Positions 45,936-55,959 of a stretch of 64,000 nt of DNA are shown piece after piece. The notes under the pieces are model-generated. The model was not told the DNA's origin and did no database searches. It worked only from the letters and a program-made list of their open reading frames with translations. Numbering within the stretch: position 1 is the stretch's first letter; the number at the start of each line of letters is the position of its first letter. Source of the DNA: Bacteroidales bacterium (GTDB lineage: Bacteria > Bacteroidota > Bacteroidia > Bacteroidales > UBA7960); the NCBI GenBank assembly GCA_012521995.1, contig JAAYLH010000119.1:2483-66482 (forward strand), in the 5' to 3' direction. The translations under genes and the position numbers were made by a program.

Positions 45936-47603
45936 TTAGAATAAGCCTGAGATATTCCCGTCGTTGTCGATATCGATCTTTTCCGCTGAGGGATGGGTGG
46001 GCAAACCGGGCATACGCATGATGGTACCTGCAATCGGGATCAGGAAGCCTGCTCCAGCAGCCACCTCAAACTCACGGATCTTAACTGTAAATCCTGTCGG
46101 CCGGCCAAGTTTATACTGGTCATCAGAAAGCGACTTTTGGGTCTTAGCAATGCACACAGGGAGCTTATCCAGGCCAATTTTCTCAAACTGCTGGATTTGC
46201 GACTTGGCTTTAACGGTATATTCCACATGGTCGGCACCATAAAGTTTGGTAGCAATGGTATGGAGCTTTTCTTCGATGCTTGAGTTGAAATCGTAAATCG
46301 GGGTAAAGCAGGTGGTACATTTATCGGCTTCCTCCTTGACCACCTTGGCCAGCTCAAGGGCGCCATCGCCACCTTTTTCCCAAGCCTCGCAAAGAGCCAC
46401 TTTTACGCCAAGCTCTTCACAGCGTTTTCTTACAACTTCAATTTCTTCCTTACTGTCGGATGAAAACTTGTTGATGGCCACTACCGGCCTGATGTTGAAG
46501 TGCTTAATATTCTCGATGTGTTTCTCCAGGTTGGGTAGGCCCTTTTCAACAGCCTCTGCATCAGGTTCGGTAAGCTTAGCCAGTTTAACCCCTCCGTGGT
46601 ATTTCAGTGCGCGAATGGTGGCTACGATTACTGAGGCATTAGGCATCAGGTTACCATACTGGCACTTGATGTCGAGGAACTTTTCTGCACCCAGTTCAGA
46701 AGCAAAACCCGCTTCTGTAACGACAAAATCCGAATGGCTGAGTCCCATTTTGGTGGCGATCAGCGAGTTGGTACCTTGAGCAATGTTGGCAAAGGGCCCC
46801 CCGTGGATGATTGCAGGGTTGCCTTCAATGGTCTGCACCAGGTTGGGCATGATGGCATACTTCATCAGGGCTGCCATGGCTCCCTGGGCATGAAAGTCAC
46901 GAGCATACACGGGCTGGTCATCATAGGTAAAGCCAACCAGGATGTTGCCGAATTTTTCCTTCAGGTCCTCAATGTCTTTGGCAAGGCACAGAGCTGCCAT
47001 CACTTCTGAGGCTGCAGTGATGTCAAAACCCGTTTGCCTTGGGATGCCTTGTTTAGGGCCGCCTAGGCCAATAATGATATCCCTGAGGGCACGTTCATTC
47101 ATATCGATCACCCTTTTCCATATGATCTTTCGCGGATCCAGGTTCAGGCTGTTGTTCTTGCTTTCCAGGTGGTTGTCAATCAGGGCGCTCAAGAGGTTAT
47201 GAGCCCGTTCAATGGCAGAAAGGTCACCAGTGAAATGAAGGTTGATGTCTTCCATGGGAAGGACCTGGGCATAGCCGCCGCCTGCAGCACCCCCTTTGAT
47301 GCCAAACACAGGACCAAGTGAGGGCTCACGAATCACGACCGTGGTTTTCACCCCAATCTTGTTCAAGCCCTCCGTCAAACCAATCGAGGTAGTGGTCTTA
47401 CCTTCACCCGCAGGTGTCGGGGTAATGGCTGTCACCAGGACCAGCTTCTTCTGCCGCAATTTCTGCTCATCGATCAGTTTAAGCGGAAGCTTTGCAATGT
47501 ATTTGCCATACATATGCAAATCATCCTCCTTAACCCCAAGTTTGGCAGCTATCTCTGTAATTGGCCGCATTTTTGATGCCTTCGCAATCTCTAGATCCGT
47601 CAT
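45936..47603 (-). CDS. fhs: Formate-tetrahydrofolate ligase
   Basis: 555 aa. MTDLEIAKASKMRPITEIA..., nucleotide loop TPTPAGEGKTTTSIGL, full-length collinearity with Fhs. Confidence 0.95.
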   Translation of the reverse strand: MTDLEIAKASKMRPITEIAAKLGVKEDDLHMYGKYIAKLPLKLIDEQKLRQKKLVLVTAITPTPAGEGKTTTSIGLTEGLNKIGVKTTVVIREPSLGPVFGIKGGAAGGGYAQVLPMEDINLHFTGDLSAIERAHNLLSALIDNHLESKNNSLNLDPRKIIWKRVIDMNERALRDIIIGLGGPKQGIPRQTGFDITAASEVMAALCLAKDIEDLKEKFGNILVGFTYDDQPVYARDFHAQGAMAALMKYAIMPNLVQTIEGNPAIIHGGPFANIAQGTNSLIATKMGLSHSDFVVTEAGFASELGAEKFLDIKCQYGNLMPNASVIVATIRALKYHGGVKLAKLTEPDAEAVEKGLPNLEKHIENIKHFNIRPVVAINKFSSDSKEEIEVVRKRCEELGVKVALCEAWEKGGDGALELAKVVKEEADKCTTCFTPIYDFNSSIEEKLHTIATKLYGADHVEYTVKAKSQIQQFEKIGLDKLPVCIAKTQKSLSDDQYKLGRPTGFTVKIREFEVAAGAGFLIPIAGTIMRMPGLPTHPSAEKIDIDNDGNISGLF

Positions 47604-47829
47604 AAACTTTCCTTTCTTCTTTATGTGTTCTTGTTTGTAAATGTTCAGCTTTCCCTTATTTCAACCCCTTTCCGGGACTTTTTGTTTATACAGTCGTTAA
47701 ATAAAATGGAATAATGAAATATTCTGTCTCCTTTGGCCATTTTGTGACCTTAAATTTATAAAATTTGAATAAGAAAACAATGCAGTGCAAAATTAATCGC
47801 AACTTTGCATTTACATTGGAAAACTTGCT

Positions 47830-50412
47830 ATGATGTGTAAAAAAACAATCCTATATTCTCTTCTTTTTATTTCCCTATTTAGCTTTTTGGGATGCGGAGG
47901 CCCCAGCATTAAAAAAATGCTGGAACCCGGTGTATGCGTTGAACTTGCCCAATACAGGAAAAAATTCCTCTCTGATATTCATTATCACCTGTTTGTCAGC
48001 ATTCCTGCCGAAAAAGAAGAGGCCATCACCGGAATGGTCCTCATCGACTTTCATCAAAGCCGCGCACAGCGCGGAGTGGTCCTTGATTTCAGGGGGGATG
48101 ATGAGGGCATTCACCAGGTGCTGGTCAACGGAAAACCCGATGAATACCAGTTCCTGAACCAGCATATCATTCTGTCAAGCAAAAACATCATTCCCGGTAA
48201 AAACCAGGTGGAGATTCATTTCACCTCCACCGACCAGGCACTGAACCGCTCGGAGGATTTCATGTATACCTTGTTTGTGCCCGACCGCGCATCAACAGCT
48301 TTTCCCTGCTTTGACCAGCCCGATCTGAAGGCGTTATTCACCCTTGAGCTTGAGATTCCCGAAGCCTGGAATGCCCTGTCCAACGGACCCCTGCGTGAAA
48401 TTTCCGTTAGGGACAGACGAAAGACCCTGAGCTTCGATGCCGACCAGCCCATCAGCACCTACCTGATGGCCTTTACCGCGGGTCGCTTTGACACCATTTC
48501 GGAGGTCCGCAACAATCGCATTATCACCCTCTTTCACCGTGAAACCGACCAACAGAAACTGAACCGCAATCTGGAGGCCATCTTTACGCAACATTTTGAA
48601 GCCCTGGCCTGGCTTGAGGATTACACAGGCATATCCTATCCCTTCAAAAAACTGGATATGGCCTTGCTCCCCGGTTTCCAGTACAGCGGGATGGAGCACC
48701 CGGGAGCAATATGGTATCGCGATGTGCGACTGTTGCTGGATGAGAACCCTCCCATCAGCAGCCAGCTTTCGAAAGCAGCCCTCATCGCCCATGAAACCGC
48801 ACATATGTGGTTTGGAAACCTGGTTACTATGCAATGGTTTGATGACGTGTGGCTCAAGGAGGTTTTTGCAGGCTTTATGGCAGATAAGATCGTCAAGCCA
48901 CAGTATCCCGAGGTGGATCATCAAATGCAGTTCCTCCTCTCGCATTATCCCAAGGCTTATGCCGTTGACCGCAGCCAGGGAACTCACCCCATCAAGCAAA
49001 GCCTTGATAACATGAACCTGGCAGGCACGCTCTACGGGGCAATCATTTACAACAAGGCCCCCATCGTATTTCAACAGCTTGAATGGCTTATGGGCGAAAG
49101 GCCCTTTCGGGATGCCGTTAGGCAATACCTGGGAACCTTCGCCCTGGGAAATGCCGACTGGGACGAGCTGGCGCTAATCTTTGACGGGCATTCACCACTT
49201 GATATTATTTCCTGGAGCCAAGCCTGGGTGTATGGAAAGGGCAGGCCTGAAATCCGGTACCAGTACCGTTACGAAAAAGACAGCATTGTAGGAGTATCGG
49301 TAAGCACCACCCCGCCAGCAGAAGGGGAACCTTTCCCTGCACAAAAACTTATGCCTGTGTTCCTGAATCAAACCCTGGAGTCTCTGAGTGAGGAATGGTT
49401 TTTTGAGCAGACCCCCCAGGATTTCCTTCTGGAAAGACCCATTCATCAGCCTTTCTGCCTCCTGCTGAATGGCGGAGGAGCCGGATACGGGTATATGGTA
49501 CCCGACCGGATGGCCCGCAGGACGATTCTTGAACAACTGCCTCTCAGAAAAGATTGTTACCTGAAGGCCGCTGCATTCCTGAATACCCACGAAGACTTCC
49601 TTTCGGGCCACCTTGCCCCCGAAACGTATCTGCAGTCGCTGGCAACGGGGATTTCAAGCGTGGAAAACCCACAGCTTGCAAGCTACCTTATCAGCAACCT
49701 GCAAATGGTTTATTGGCGTTTCCTCAAGAAGGATACGCGCAACCTCTTATGCCAGCCCCTGGAGACCATGCTCTGGGAGAAAATGGTAAAGGCCCCCCGC
49801 GATCAGAAATCGCTGTTCTTCGACGCTTATGTGGCCATCAGCCATTCAATGGAAGCCCAACTAAAGCTGCAGAAAATGCTCAGTCAGGAACTTTCGGTTT
49901 GGGGGCTTCGGCTGTCGGAAGATCAGCGTTTTGCCATGGTCGCCTCCCTGATGCTGCATGACCACCCGAGGGCTGCCCGTTATGCCGAGGGTCTGAAATC
50001 GGCCACAACAAACCCCGACAGGCTTCGCCGCATCGAGTTTGTCCTTCCTGCCCTTTCCAGCGACCCAGAATTACGTGAATCATTTTTTGAAAGGCTGTCC
50101 CTGCCCGAAAACCGCAGGCCTGAGCCCTGGGTGCTCGAAGGTCTTCGTTACCTGCATCATCCCCTCAGATCAGCCACCAGCATGAAGTATCTGCCGAAAA
50201 GCCTGCAAATGCTCAAAGAGATTCAGCAAACGGGAGATATCTTCTTTCCCCTGAACTGGCTTGAAGCAAGTCTTTCGGGTTACAATCAACCCAAGGCTGC
50301 ACAAATGGTCGTGGATTTCCTTAACGATCCAGAATTTACCAACGAGAACCTGAGGCTAAAGACGCTTCAGGCTTCTGACTTGCTGTTTCGCGCGGCAGAA
50401 CGCAATAAATAA
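47830..50412 (+). CDS. M1-family aminopeptidase, lipoprotein, with long C-terminal helical (ERAP1_C-like) domain
   Basis: 860 aa. Lipobox LFSFLGCGG. Exopeptidase motif YSGMEHPG (GxMEN variant). Zinc motif HETAHMWFGNLVTMQWFDDVWLKEVFA. Confidence 0.85.
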   Translation: MMCKKTILYSLLFISLFSFLGCGGPSIKKMLEPGVCVELAQYRKKFLSDIHYHLFVSIPAEKEEAITGMVLIDFHQSRAQRGVVLDFRGDDEGIHQVLVNGKPDEYQFLNQHIILSSKNIIPGKNQVEIHFTSTDQALNRSEDFMYTLFVPDRASTAFPCFDQPDLKALFTLELEIPEAWNALSNGPLREISVRDRRKTLSFDADQPISTYLMAFTAGRFDTISEVRNNRIITLFHRETDQQKLNRNLEAIFTQHFEALAWLEDYTGISYPFKKLDMALLPGFQYSGMEHPGAIWYRDVRLLLDENPPISSQLSKAALIAHETAHMWFGNLVTMQWFDDVWLKEVFAGFMADKIVKPQYPEVDHQMQFLLSHYPKAYAVDRSQGTHPIKQSLDNMNLAGTLYGAIIYNKAPIVFQQLEWLMGERPFRDAVRQYLGTFALGNADWDELALIFDGHSPLDIISWSQAWVYGKGRPEIRYQYRYEKDSIVGVSVSTTPPAEGEPFPAQKLMPVFLNQTLESLSEEWFFEQTPQDFLLERPIHQPFCLLLNGGGAGYGYMVPDRMARRTILEQLPLRKDCYLKAAAFLNTHEDFLSGHLAPETYLQSLATGISSVENPQLASYLISNLQMVYWRFLKKDTRNLLCQPLETMLWEKMVKAPRDQKSLFFDAYVAISHSMEAQLKLQKMLSQELSVWGLRLSEDQRFAMVASLMLHDHPRAARYAEGLKSATTNPDRLRRIEFVLPALSSDPELRESFFERLSLPENRRPEPWVLEGLRYLHHPLRSATSMKYLPKSLQMLKEIQQTGDIFFPLNWLEASLSGYNQPKAAQMVVDFLNDPEFTNENLRLKTLQASDLLFRAAERNK

Positions 50413-50488
50413 GAAAAGGAGCGGATTCTGATGCCCTTCAAAAAGTGGTTTCAGCTAAGCGTTATTGCGAAATAAAAATTTGCACGGC

Positions 50489-51040
50489 CTACAGCCTGAA
50501 ATCAACCCCAACGCGGAAAATGGGGTTCTGGTAATAGGCGGTGCTTTCCTTGTTGAAGTTGTAAAGCAACATCACATTCAGGGTCGCCCGTTCCGAAAGG
50601 GGTTGCCTGTAGCCGCCTCCAAGGAAAATGTTTTCTTCCCAACGGCGCACCCCGGGAGTAAATGCGCCATCCTGAACCCTTGACTTCAGGCTCAGACGCT
50701 CATACTCTCCCTGGATGAATGCCCTGGGAATAATCTGAACCCTGGTAAAAAAACTATAGCCGTAAACGTGCGTCACATTCGACTCCCCGAGGAAACGGTC
50801 GTTGTAATACTGGTACGTACCCCCCAAACCCGCCGACAACCAATTGGTAATGCGGTAACCCACCAGGGGCGAAACATTGACAGCAGTCTGTGTACCTAGT
50901 TGCAATCCCAGGAAACCCCCTACAAAAATCCGCTCACGAACCTTCTGGTCTTTTACGCTGGGCTCTTTATCCTGCTGTGCAAAGGAAGGCAAGGACAGCA
51001 ACAAGCTAAGGATAAACAAAACAAACACGCTCTTTCTCAT
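50489..51040 (-). CDS. Small outer-membrane beta-barrel (porin-family-like) protein
   Basis: Trimmed to ATG 51040 (MRKSVFVLFILSLLLSLPSFAQQ). About 8 amphipathic strands with G/Y-rich turns. Confidence 0.6.
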   Translation of the reverse strand: MRKSVFVLFILSLLLSLPSFAQQDKEPSVKDQKVRERIFVGGFLGLQLGTQTAVNVSPLVGYRITNWLSAGLGGTYQYYNDRFLGESNVTHVYGYSFFTRVQIIPRAFIQGEYERLSLKSRVQDGAFTPGVRRWEENIFLGGGYRQPLSERATLNVMLLYNFNKESTAYYQNPIFRVGVDFRL

Positions 51041-51099
51041 AACAGGTATTTTTATCTTAACAATTCTCAGGGGGCAGGGGTTCATTGTTTAACAAACTT

Positions 51100-52419
51100 T
51101 CAGGCATTCAATGCCTTGCCGCTAACCGCAGCTTGCATAGCTTTAGCCTTCAACAGGCATTCTTCATATTCGTTCACTGGTTTTGATCCAATGGTGATTG
51201 CACTCCCCGCCATATAGCTAAGATATTGGGTTTTCTGGTTATATAAAACACTCCGAATCACTACGTTGAAATCAAAATCCTTATTGGGCGAAATATATCC
51301 AACGGCTCCTGAATACAATCCTCTTTGGGTGTCTTCATACTTCTCTATCAGCTTCATGGCCTGAACCTTGGGCGCCCCTGTCATTGAGCCCATTGGGAAA
51401 GCATAACGGATGGCATCAGTAAAATGCACGTCTTCGCGCAAACACGAAACCACCGTGGAGATCATTTGATGCACCTGCCTGAAGGAATAGATTCCAAACA
51501 ACTCTTCTACCTCCACCGAACCTTTCCTGGCAGTATGCGAGAGATCGTTACGCACCAGGTCAACGATCATTACATTTTCACTGCGTTCCTTGGGGTCTTC
51601 AAAAAGCATTTCTTTCAGGCGCTCATCTTCTTCAGGGCTTTGACCCCGTCTGATGGTACCTTTGATGGGTTGTGAGATCAATTTATCACCCCGCTTGCAT
51701 AAAAAACGCTCTGGGCTGGCACACATCAAAAATTGCTCGTCAAGCTTGTAATAGCACGAAAACGGGGTTGGCGAAAGCTCATTCAGACGGCCATACAGGG
51801 CAAGAGGGTCCACTATAGCATCCTGTGCAAAAAACTCCACGCAATAGTTCATCTCGTAAATATACCCCAGCTGTATATTCTGGAGGATATTCCCAATCTG
51901 GTGCAGGTATCGTTCGCGCGGCACTCTGGCCTGTATCTCCACAGGCGCAAAGGCAGGGGACGGGCTCCACGTGAAGCGATCCATTGAATGGAATACTCTG
52001 GCGGGATCAGAATAGGCCCCATATCCGGGAAGGCATCCAATGCGCACGTGGTCAGGATAAGGAAAAACCAGCACTACTGGAAGAAAAAAATGCATCAGGG
52101 GCATTTCCACCCCATCGGGATTGTGGCTCTCCAGGTGCTCAAGCTGGTTCTTGATATCATAGCTCAGGAAGCCAAAAAGCCAATCGGGATGTTTATCGCT
52201 GAAGACCTTAAGCTGCAAGAAGTCGTCTTCTCCATTGCTAAAGACCTCCTCCCCCACGCCAAGGGCAAGCACCTGTTCGAAGGCACTGTATGGGTCGTGG
52301 GTGGTCTGATTGGAATTCAAAAAACAGCAGTTGCGAAAATGCTTTTGACCCCATTGCAGCATTTTCATAATAAAGTGCTCGCCCTGGCTAACAGGAAACT
52401 GTGCGTAGATCCTTTCCAC
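51100..52419 (-). CDS. pabB: Chorismate-utilising enzyme, most like aminodeoxychorismate synthase component I
   Basis: 439 aa. C-terminal chorismate-binding signatures SPERFL, PKGT-like IKGTIRRG, AFPMGSMTGAPK, RGLYSGAVGY. Confidence 0.75.
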   Translation of the reverse strand: MERIYAQFPVSQGEHFIMKMLQWGQKHFRNCCFLNSNQTTHDPYSAFEQVLALGVGEEVFSNGEDDFLQLKVFSDKHPDWLFGFLSYDIKNQLEHLESHNPDGVEMPLMHFFLPVVLVFPYPDHVRIGCLPGYGAYSDPARVFHSMDRFTWSPSPAFAPVEIQARVPRERYLHQIGNILQNIQLGYIYEMNYCVEFFAQDAIVDPLALYGRLNELSPTPFSCYYKLDEQFLMCASPERFLCKRGDKLISQPIKGTIRRGQSPEEDERLKEMLFEDPKERSENVMIVDLVRNDLSHTARKGSVEVEELFGIYSFRQVHQMISTVVSCLREDVHFTDAIRYAFPMGSMTGAPKVQAMKLIEKYEDTQRGLYSGAVGYISPNKDFDFNVVIRSVLYNQKTQYLSYMAGSAITIGSKPVNEYEECLLKAKAMQAAVSGKALNA

Positions 52420-52433
52420 CGCTGCTGTTTATT

Positions 52434-52474
52434 AAAAAAGGGGGAACAACCACTTCTTCAGCCATTGTTCCCCC
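52434..52474 (-). terminator. Intrinsic terminator of korB
   Basis: gggggaacaa (52440-49) pairs with ttgttccccc (52465-74). The minus strand continues tttttt. Confidence 0.7.
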
Positions 52475-52488
52475 AAGAGTTCAGGTAT

Positions 52489-53523
52489 TTATATCTCCCA
52501 GATATCGCCGCTGCGAAGTAAGTCGTTTACCGACTGAATCTTCGAGTCCTTTTTGGCAAACTCGATCTGGTCTTCCAGCAGGTCGTCATAGGTCTCAAAA
52601 GCTGCCGAACGGATTACCCCAAGGGCCACTGGGAATTCGGGCGGCATCATGCGGCCCAGCATACGGTGAATGGCAGGATCTTTCGAGTGCTGATCATGAA
52701 TCAGGATATCCTTCTCCGTAATACCATCTTCGCCAAGGGTCACCACAGCCAGTCCTGTTCCTTTCAGAATGATCCCCTTGTCGTTGTTTTTGCCAAAGAT
52801 CATGGGCTCACCATGCTTGAGGATCAGCTGTCGCTCTTCGCGAACCTCGCGGCCTGTAATATCCTTATGGGTCTTGTCGGCAAAGATCACACAGTTCTGC
52901 AGGATTTCTACAACTGAGGTACCATCGTGTTTGGCCGCCTCATACATCACCTCTGTCATTAGTTTGACGTTGTTATCGGTCGAACGGGCAAAGAACGTGC
53001 CCTGAGCTCCCATAACCAGGCCTGCTGCCACAAAGGGATGTTCAATCGTACCCTGAGGCGAAGTCTTCGTCACCTTGCCCATAGGCGTTGTGGGCGAATA
53101 CTGACCCTTGGTCAGGCCATAGATCTGGTTGTTGAACAACAGGATATTCACGTCAATGTTTCGGCGAACGATGTGGATCAAATGGTTTCCTCCGATGGCC
53201 ATCGAGTCGCCGTCTCCTGTGGCAATCCAGACACTCAGGTCGGGATTGGCAATCTTCACCCCGCTTGCAATGGGATTGGCACGCCCGTGAATCCCATGAA
53301 AACCATAGGTGTTCACATAATAGGGAAAGCGCGAAGAACAGCCAATACCCGAAATGAAGGTGAAGTTTTCCTTACGGTATCCGATGCGCGGAAAGACATT
53401 CTCAACGGCAGCAAGAATGGCATGCGCACCGCAACCCGGGCACCACTTCACCATCTGATCGCTGACAAAATCCTCTTTCGTTAACTCTACGGGAGAGATC
53501 TGGATTCTCTTATTTTCTAACAT
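52489..53523 (-). CDS. korB: 2-oxoacid:ferredoxin oxidoreductase, beta (TPP-binding) subunit
   Basis: Trimmed to ATG 53523 (MLENKRIQISP...), which sits one nt after the korA stop. CPGCGAH, and TPP motif ATGDGDSMAIGGNH. Confidence 0.9.
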   Translation of the reverse strand: MLENKRIQISPVELTKEDFVSDQMVKWCPGCGAHAILAAVENVFPRIGYRKENFTFISGIGCSSRFPYYVNTYGFHGIHGRANPIASGVKIANPDLSVWIATGDGDSMAIGGNHLIHIVRRNIDVNILLFNNQIYGLTKGQYSPTTPMGKVTKTSPQGTIEHPFVAAGLVMGAQGTFFARSTDNNVKLMTEVMYEAAKHDGTSVVEILQNCVIFADKTHKDITGREVREERQLILKHGEPMIFGKNNDKGIILKGTGLAVVTLGEDGITEKDILIHDQHSKDPAIHRMLGRMMPPEFPVALGVIRSAAFETYDDLLEDQIEFAKKDSKIQSVNDLLRSGDIWEI

Positions 53524-53524
53524 A

Positions 53525-55372
53525 TTACTTGTCCTCCAATAGTTTATTGAACGCTTCGGTAAGCTCATGAAGGGTAAAGGGCAATCCCTGTACCTTGTTA
53601 AACTGGTGGTAGCGGAAATCGGGAAGGGTCATCCGCAGGTAGTTCACAAACTGCCCGCTGTTCAGCTCGCATACGATAATCTTCTTAAAACGCGAGAAGA
53701 CCTCTGCGGTATTCTTGGGCAGGGGCATAATATAATTGAACTGGGCAAGGCTTACCTTTTTCCCTTCTTCATGCATCTGGTGCACTGCCGACAACAGCTG
53801 ACCTTCCGTGCCGCCCCAGCCAACCACCAAAAGATCGCCGCTTTCCTCACCCTCCAGCTCCTGCAGGGGTATATAGTCGGCCACGCGATTGACTTTCTCA
53901 GCACGAATGTTCACCATCAGCTGGTGGTTCAGCGGATCGGTCGAAACATTGCCATCAATATTGGTTTTCTCAAGGCCTCCGATACGGTGCCTCAGGCCTT
54001 CCATACCGGGATGGGCCCATTGGCGCACCAGTGTTTTCTCATCGCGGCGATAGGGCTTAAAGTTAGGATCGTTGGGCGTGGCAATCGGAGGCTTGATAGA
54101 CGGCAAATCCTTGGTGTCAGGAATGCGGAACAGCTCCGAGCCAAAGCCGATATATCCATCGGTTAGCAAAATGACAGGTGTCATATGTTCGAGCGAAAGC
54201 TTGGCGGCTTCATAAGCGTAGTAGAAACAATTGGCCGGTGAAGAAGCAGCCATCACGATGGCGGGACATTCGCCGTTGCGGCCAAACAATGCCTGCATCA
54301 GGTCGCTCTGCTCGCTTTTGGTGGGCATCCCCGTGGAGGGGCCTGCACGCTGAACGTTGACAATCACCAGCGGAAGCTCTGTGATCACCGCCAGCCCTAT
54401 GGCCTCGGTTTTCAACGAAAGCCCCGGGCCAGAGGTAGTGGTGATGGCCAGCGAGCCGGCAAAGCTGGCACCAATGGCCGAACAGATGCCTGCAATCTCA
54501 TCCTCAGCCTGAAATACCTTGGCGCCAAGCGATTTGTGCTTGGCAAGCTCCATCAGGATTTCGGTGGCAGGGGTAATGGGATATGAGCCCAGGAACAACG
54601 GCCTGCCGCTGTTCTCCGAAGCTGCCAGCAAACCCCAGGCAGTGGCAATGTTGCCTGTAATATTACGATAAAGGCCCTTTTCCAGTTTGGCAGGGCCCAC
54701 CCTAAAGGTCGATTTGATGGCTTCAATGGTCTCAGCATAATTGAAGCCCGCTTTCAGGGCAACTCTGTTCGCTTCCAGTATCCCGGGCTTTGCCTTGAAT
54801 TTTTTCTCCAGGAAATGCAAAGTGACTTCCAGATCACGGTTAAATAGAAAATACAAAAGACCCAGGGCAAAAATATTCTTGGTCCTTTCGGCGGTGCGTT
54901 TGTCAAGGTTCAGGTCTTTCAGGCTTTCCTGGGTCAGCAGTGAGATAGGCGCCTTAATCAGGTTGTAGCTGTCCAGCCTGCCATCCTCGAGTGGGTTGGT
55001 CTGGTAACCGGCTTTCTCAATGCCTTTTTCATCAAAGGTGGCCGAGTCAACAATCAGGGTGGCGCCCGGTTTTGCCCATTTCAGGTTTGCCTTCAGCGAA
55101 GCCGGGTTCATAGCCACCAGCACATCGCACATGTCGCCTGAGGTAAAGATTTTTCGTTGCCCAAGATGCACCTGGAACCCGCTCACCCCCGCAACAGTGT
55201 TCTGAGGCGCACGGATCTCAGCCGGAAAATCAGGAAAGGTGGCTAAATCGTTGCCGGCTATCGCCGCTGAATCCGAAAACAAGGTGCCTGCCAACTGCAT
55301 CCCGTCTCCCGAGTCACCAACAAACTTTACCACCACATCTTCCAGCTCAACAATATTCTTTTTTTCTGCCAT
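53525..55372 (-). CDS. korA: 2-oxoacid:ferredoxin oxidoreductase, fused alpha/gamma subunit
   Basis: 615 aa. N-terminal gamma-like domain (FVGDSGDGMQLAG) followed by an alpha domain (GSYPITPATEI, ITTTSGPGLSL). Confidence 0.9.
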   Translation of the reverse strand: MAEKKNIVELEDVVVKFVGDSGDGMQLAGTLFSDSAAIAGNDLATFPDFPAEIRAPQNTVAGVSGFQVHLGQRKIFTSGDMCDVLVAMNPASLKANLKWAKPGATLIVDSATFDEKGIEKAGYQTNPLEDGRLDSYNLIKAPISLLTQESLKDLNLDKRTAERTKNIFALGLLYFLFNRDLEVTLHFLEKKFKAKPGILEANRVALKAGFNYAETIEAIKSTFRVGPAKLEKGLYRNITGNIATAWGLLAASENSGRPLFLGSYPITPATEILMELAKHKSLGAKVFQAEDEIAGICSAIGASFAGSLAITTTSGPGLSLKTEAIGLAVITELPLVIVNVQRAGPSTGMPTKSEQSDLMQALFGRNGECPAIVMAASSPANCFYYAYEAAKLSLEHMTPVILLTDGYIGFGSELFRIPDTKDLPSIKPPIATPNDPNFKPYRRDEKTLVRQWAHPGMEGLRHRIGGLEKTNIDGNVSTDPLNHQLMVNIRAEKVNRVADYIPLQELEGEESGDLLVVGWGGTEGQLLSAVHQMHEEGKKVSLAQFNYIMPLPKNTAEVFSRFKKIIVCELNSGQFVNYLRMTLPDFRYHQFNKVQGLPFTLHELTEAFNKLLEDK

Positions 55373-55587
55373 AATAGAATAAGGTTTTTGGTAGGATATG
55401 GTAATTAAAACTTTTTTTAAAAATCATGAAGGAAATTCAACCCTTTGACGCTGCGAAGTTATAAGTTTAAAACGGAATGGATCAAATAATTCCTTACTTT
55501 TTCCCCTTTTGGGGGCAATCCTTATTTAAACCGATTCCAAATTTCTCTTTTGACAGGAAAATATGGTTTTATATCAATTTAAGGCAT

Positions 55588-55595
55588 TATCTTTG
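55588..55595 (+). promoter_or_regulatory. TAnnTTTG -7 motif (TATCTTTG) upstream of the ferredoxin gene
   Basis: cattatctttgcatc, 41 nt before the ATG at 55637. Confidence 0.5.
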
Positions 55596-55636
55596 CATCG
55601 GAATTAACCTATTAATAACCGTAAATTTTTGAAGTA

Positions 55637-55804
55637 ATGGCCTACGTAATCACTGAAGATTGCACTGCTTGCGGCAGCTGCATTGACGAATGCCCGGTTG
55701 AAGCCATCTCTGAAGGTGATATCTATAAGATCGATCCTGATGTATGCACCGACTGCGGTTCATGCGCAGATGTTTGCCCGGTTGAAGCAATTCATCCAGA
55801 ATAA
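55637..55804 (+). CDS. 2x[4Fe-4S] ferredoxin (55 aa)
   Basis: Below the ORF-track length cutoff. Hand translation: MAYVITEDCTACGSCIDECPVEAISEGDIYKIDPDVCTDCGSCADVCPVEAIHPE*, with two CxxCxxCxxxCP motifs. Divergent from korAB. Confidence 0.9.
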   Translation: MAYVITEDCTACGSCIDECPVEAISEGDIYKIDPDVCTDCGSCADVCPVEAIHPE

Positions 55805-55846
55805 AACCCGGCTCCACGGAATTTTTCCGTAAGAAATGAACCCATT

Positions 55847-55873
55847 AGCCTGCCCTCAAAAGCAGGCTTTTTT
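55847..55873 (+). terminator. Intrinsic terminator of the ferredoxin gene
   Basis: agcctgc (55847-53) pairs with gcaggct (55862-68), then tttttt. Confidence 0.7.
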
Positions 55874-55959
55874 ATTTGCCTTTCTTCATTAATTTTGTGA
55901 TTCCCTTTGCGGGATATTTCAAACAGGCCTTCAGCGAGGCTGTAAACATTTTTCGCCTG

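Noticed and set aside
47604-47795. Possible ZTP (pfl-motif) or THF riboswitch in the long region upstream of fhs. A TAATTTTG motif lies at 47788-47795 (minus), 185 nt from the ATG.
   Set aside because: Reading the minus strand, I find none of the conserved blocks I associate with these classes: no ccgcctgggc-type 3' element and no GGGUCGUGAC-like 5' element. This should still be confirmed with cmsearch.
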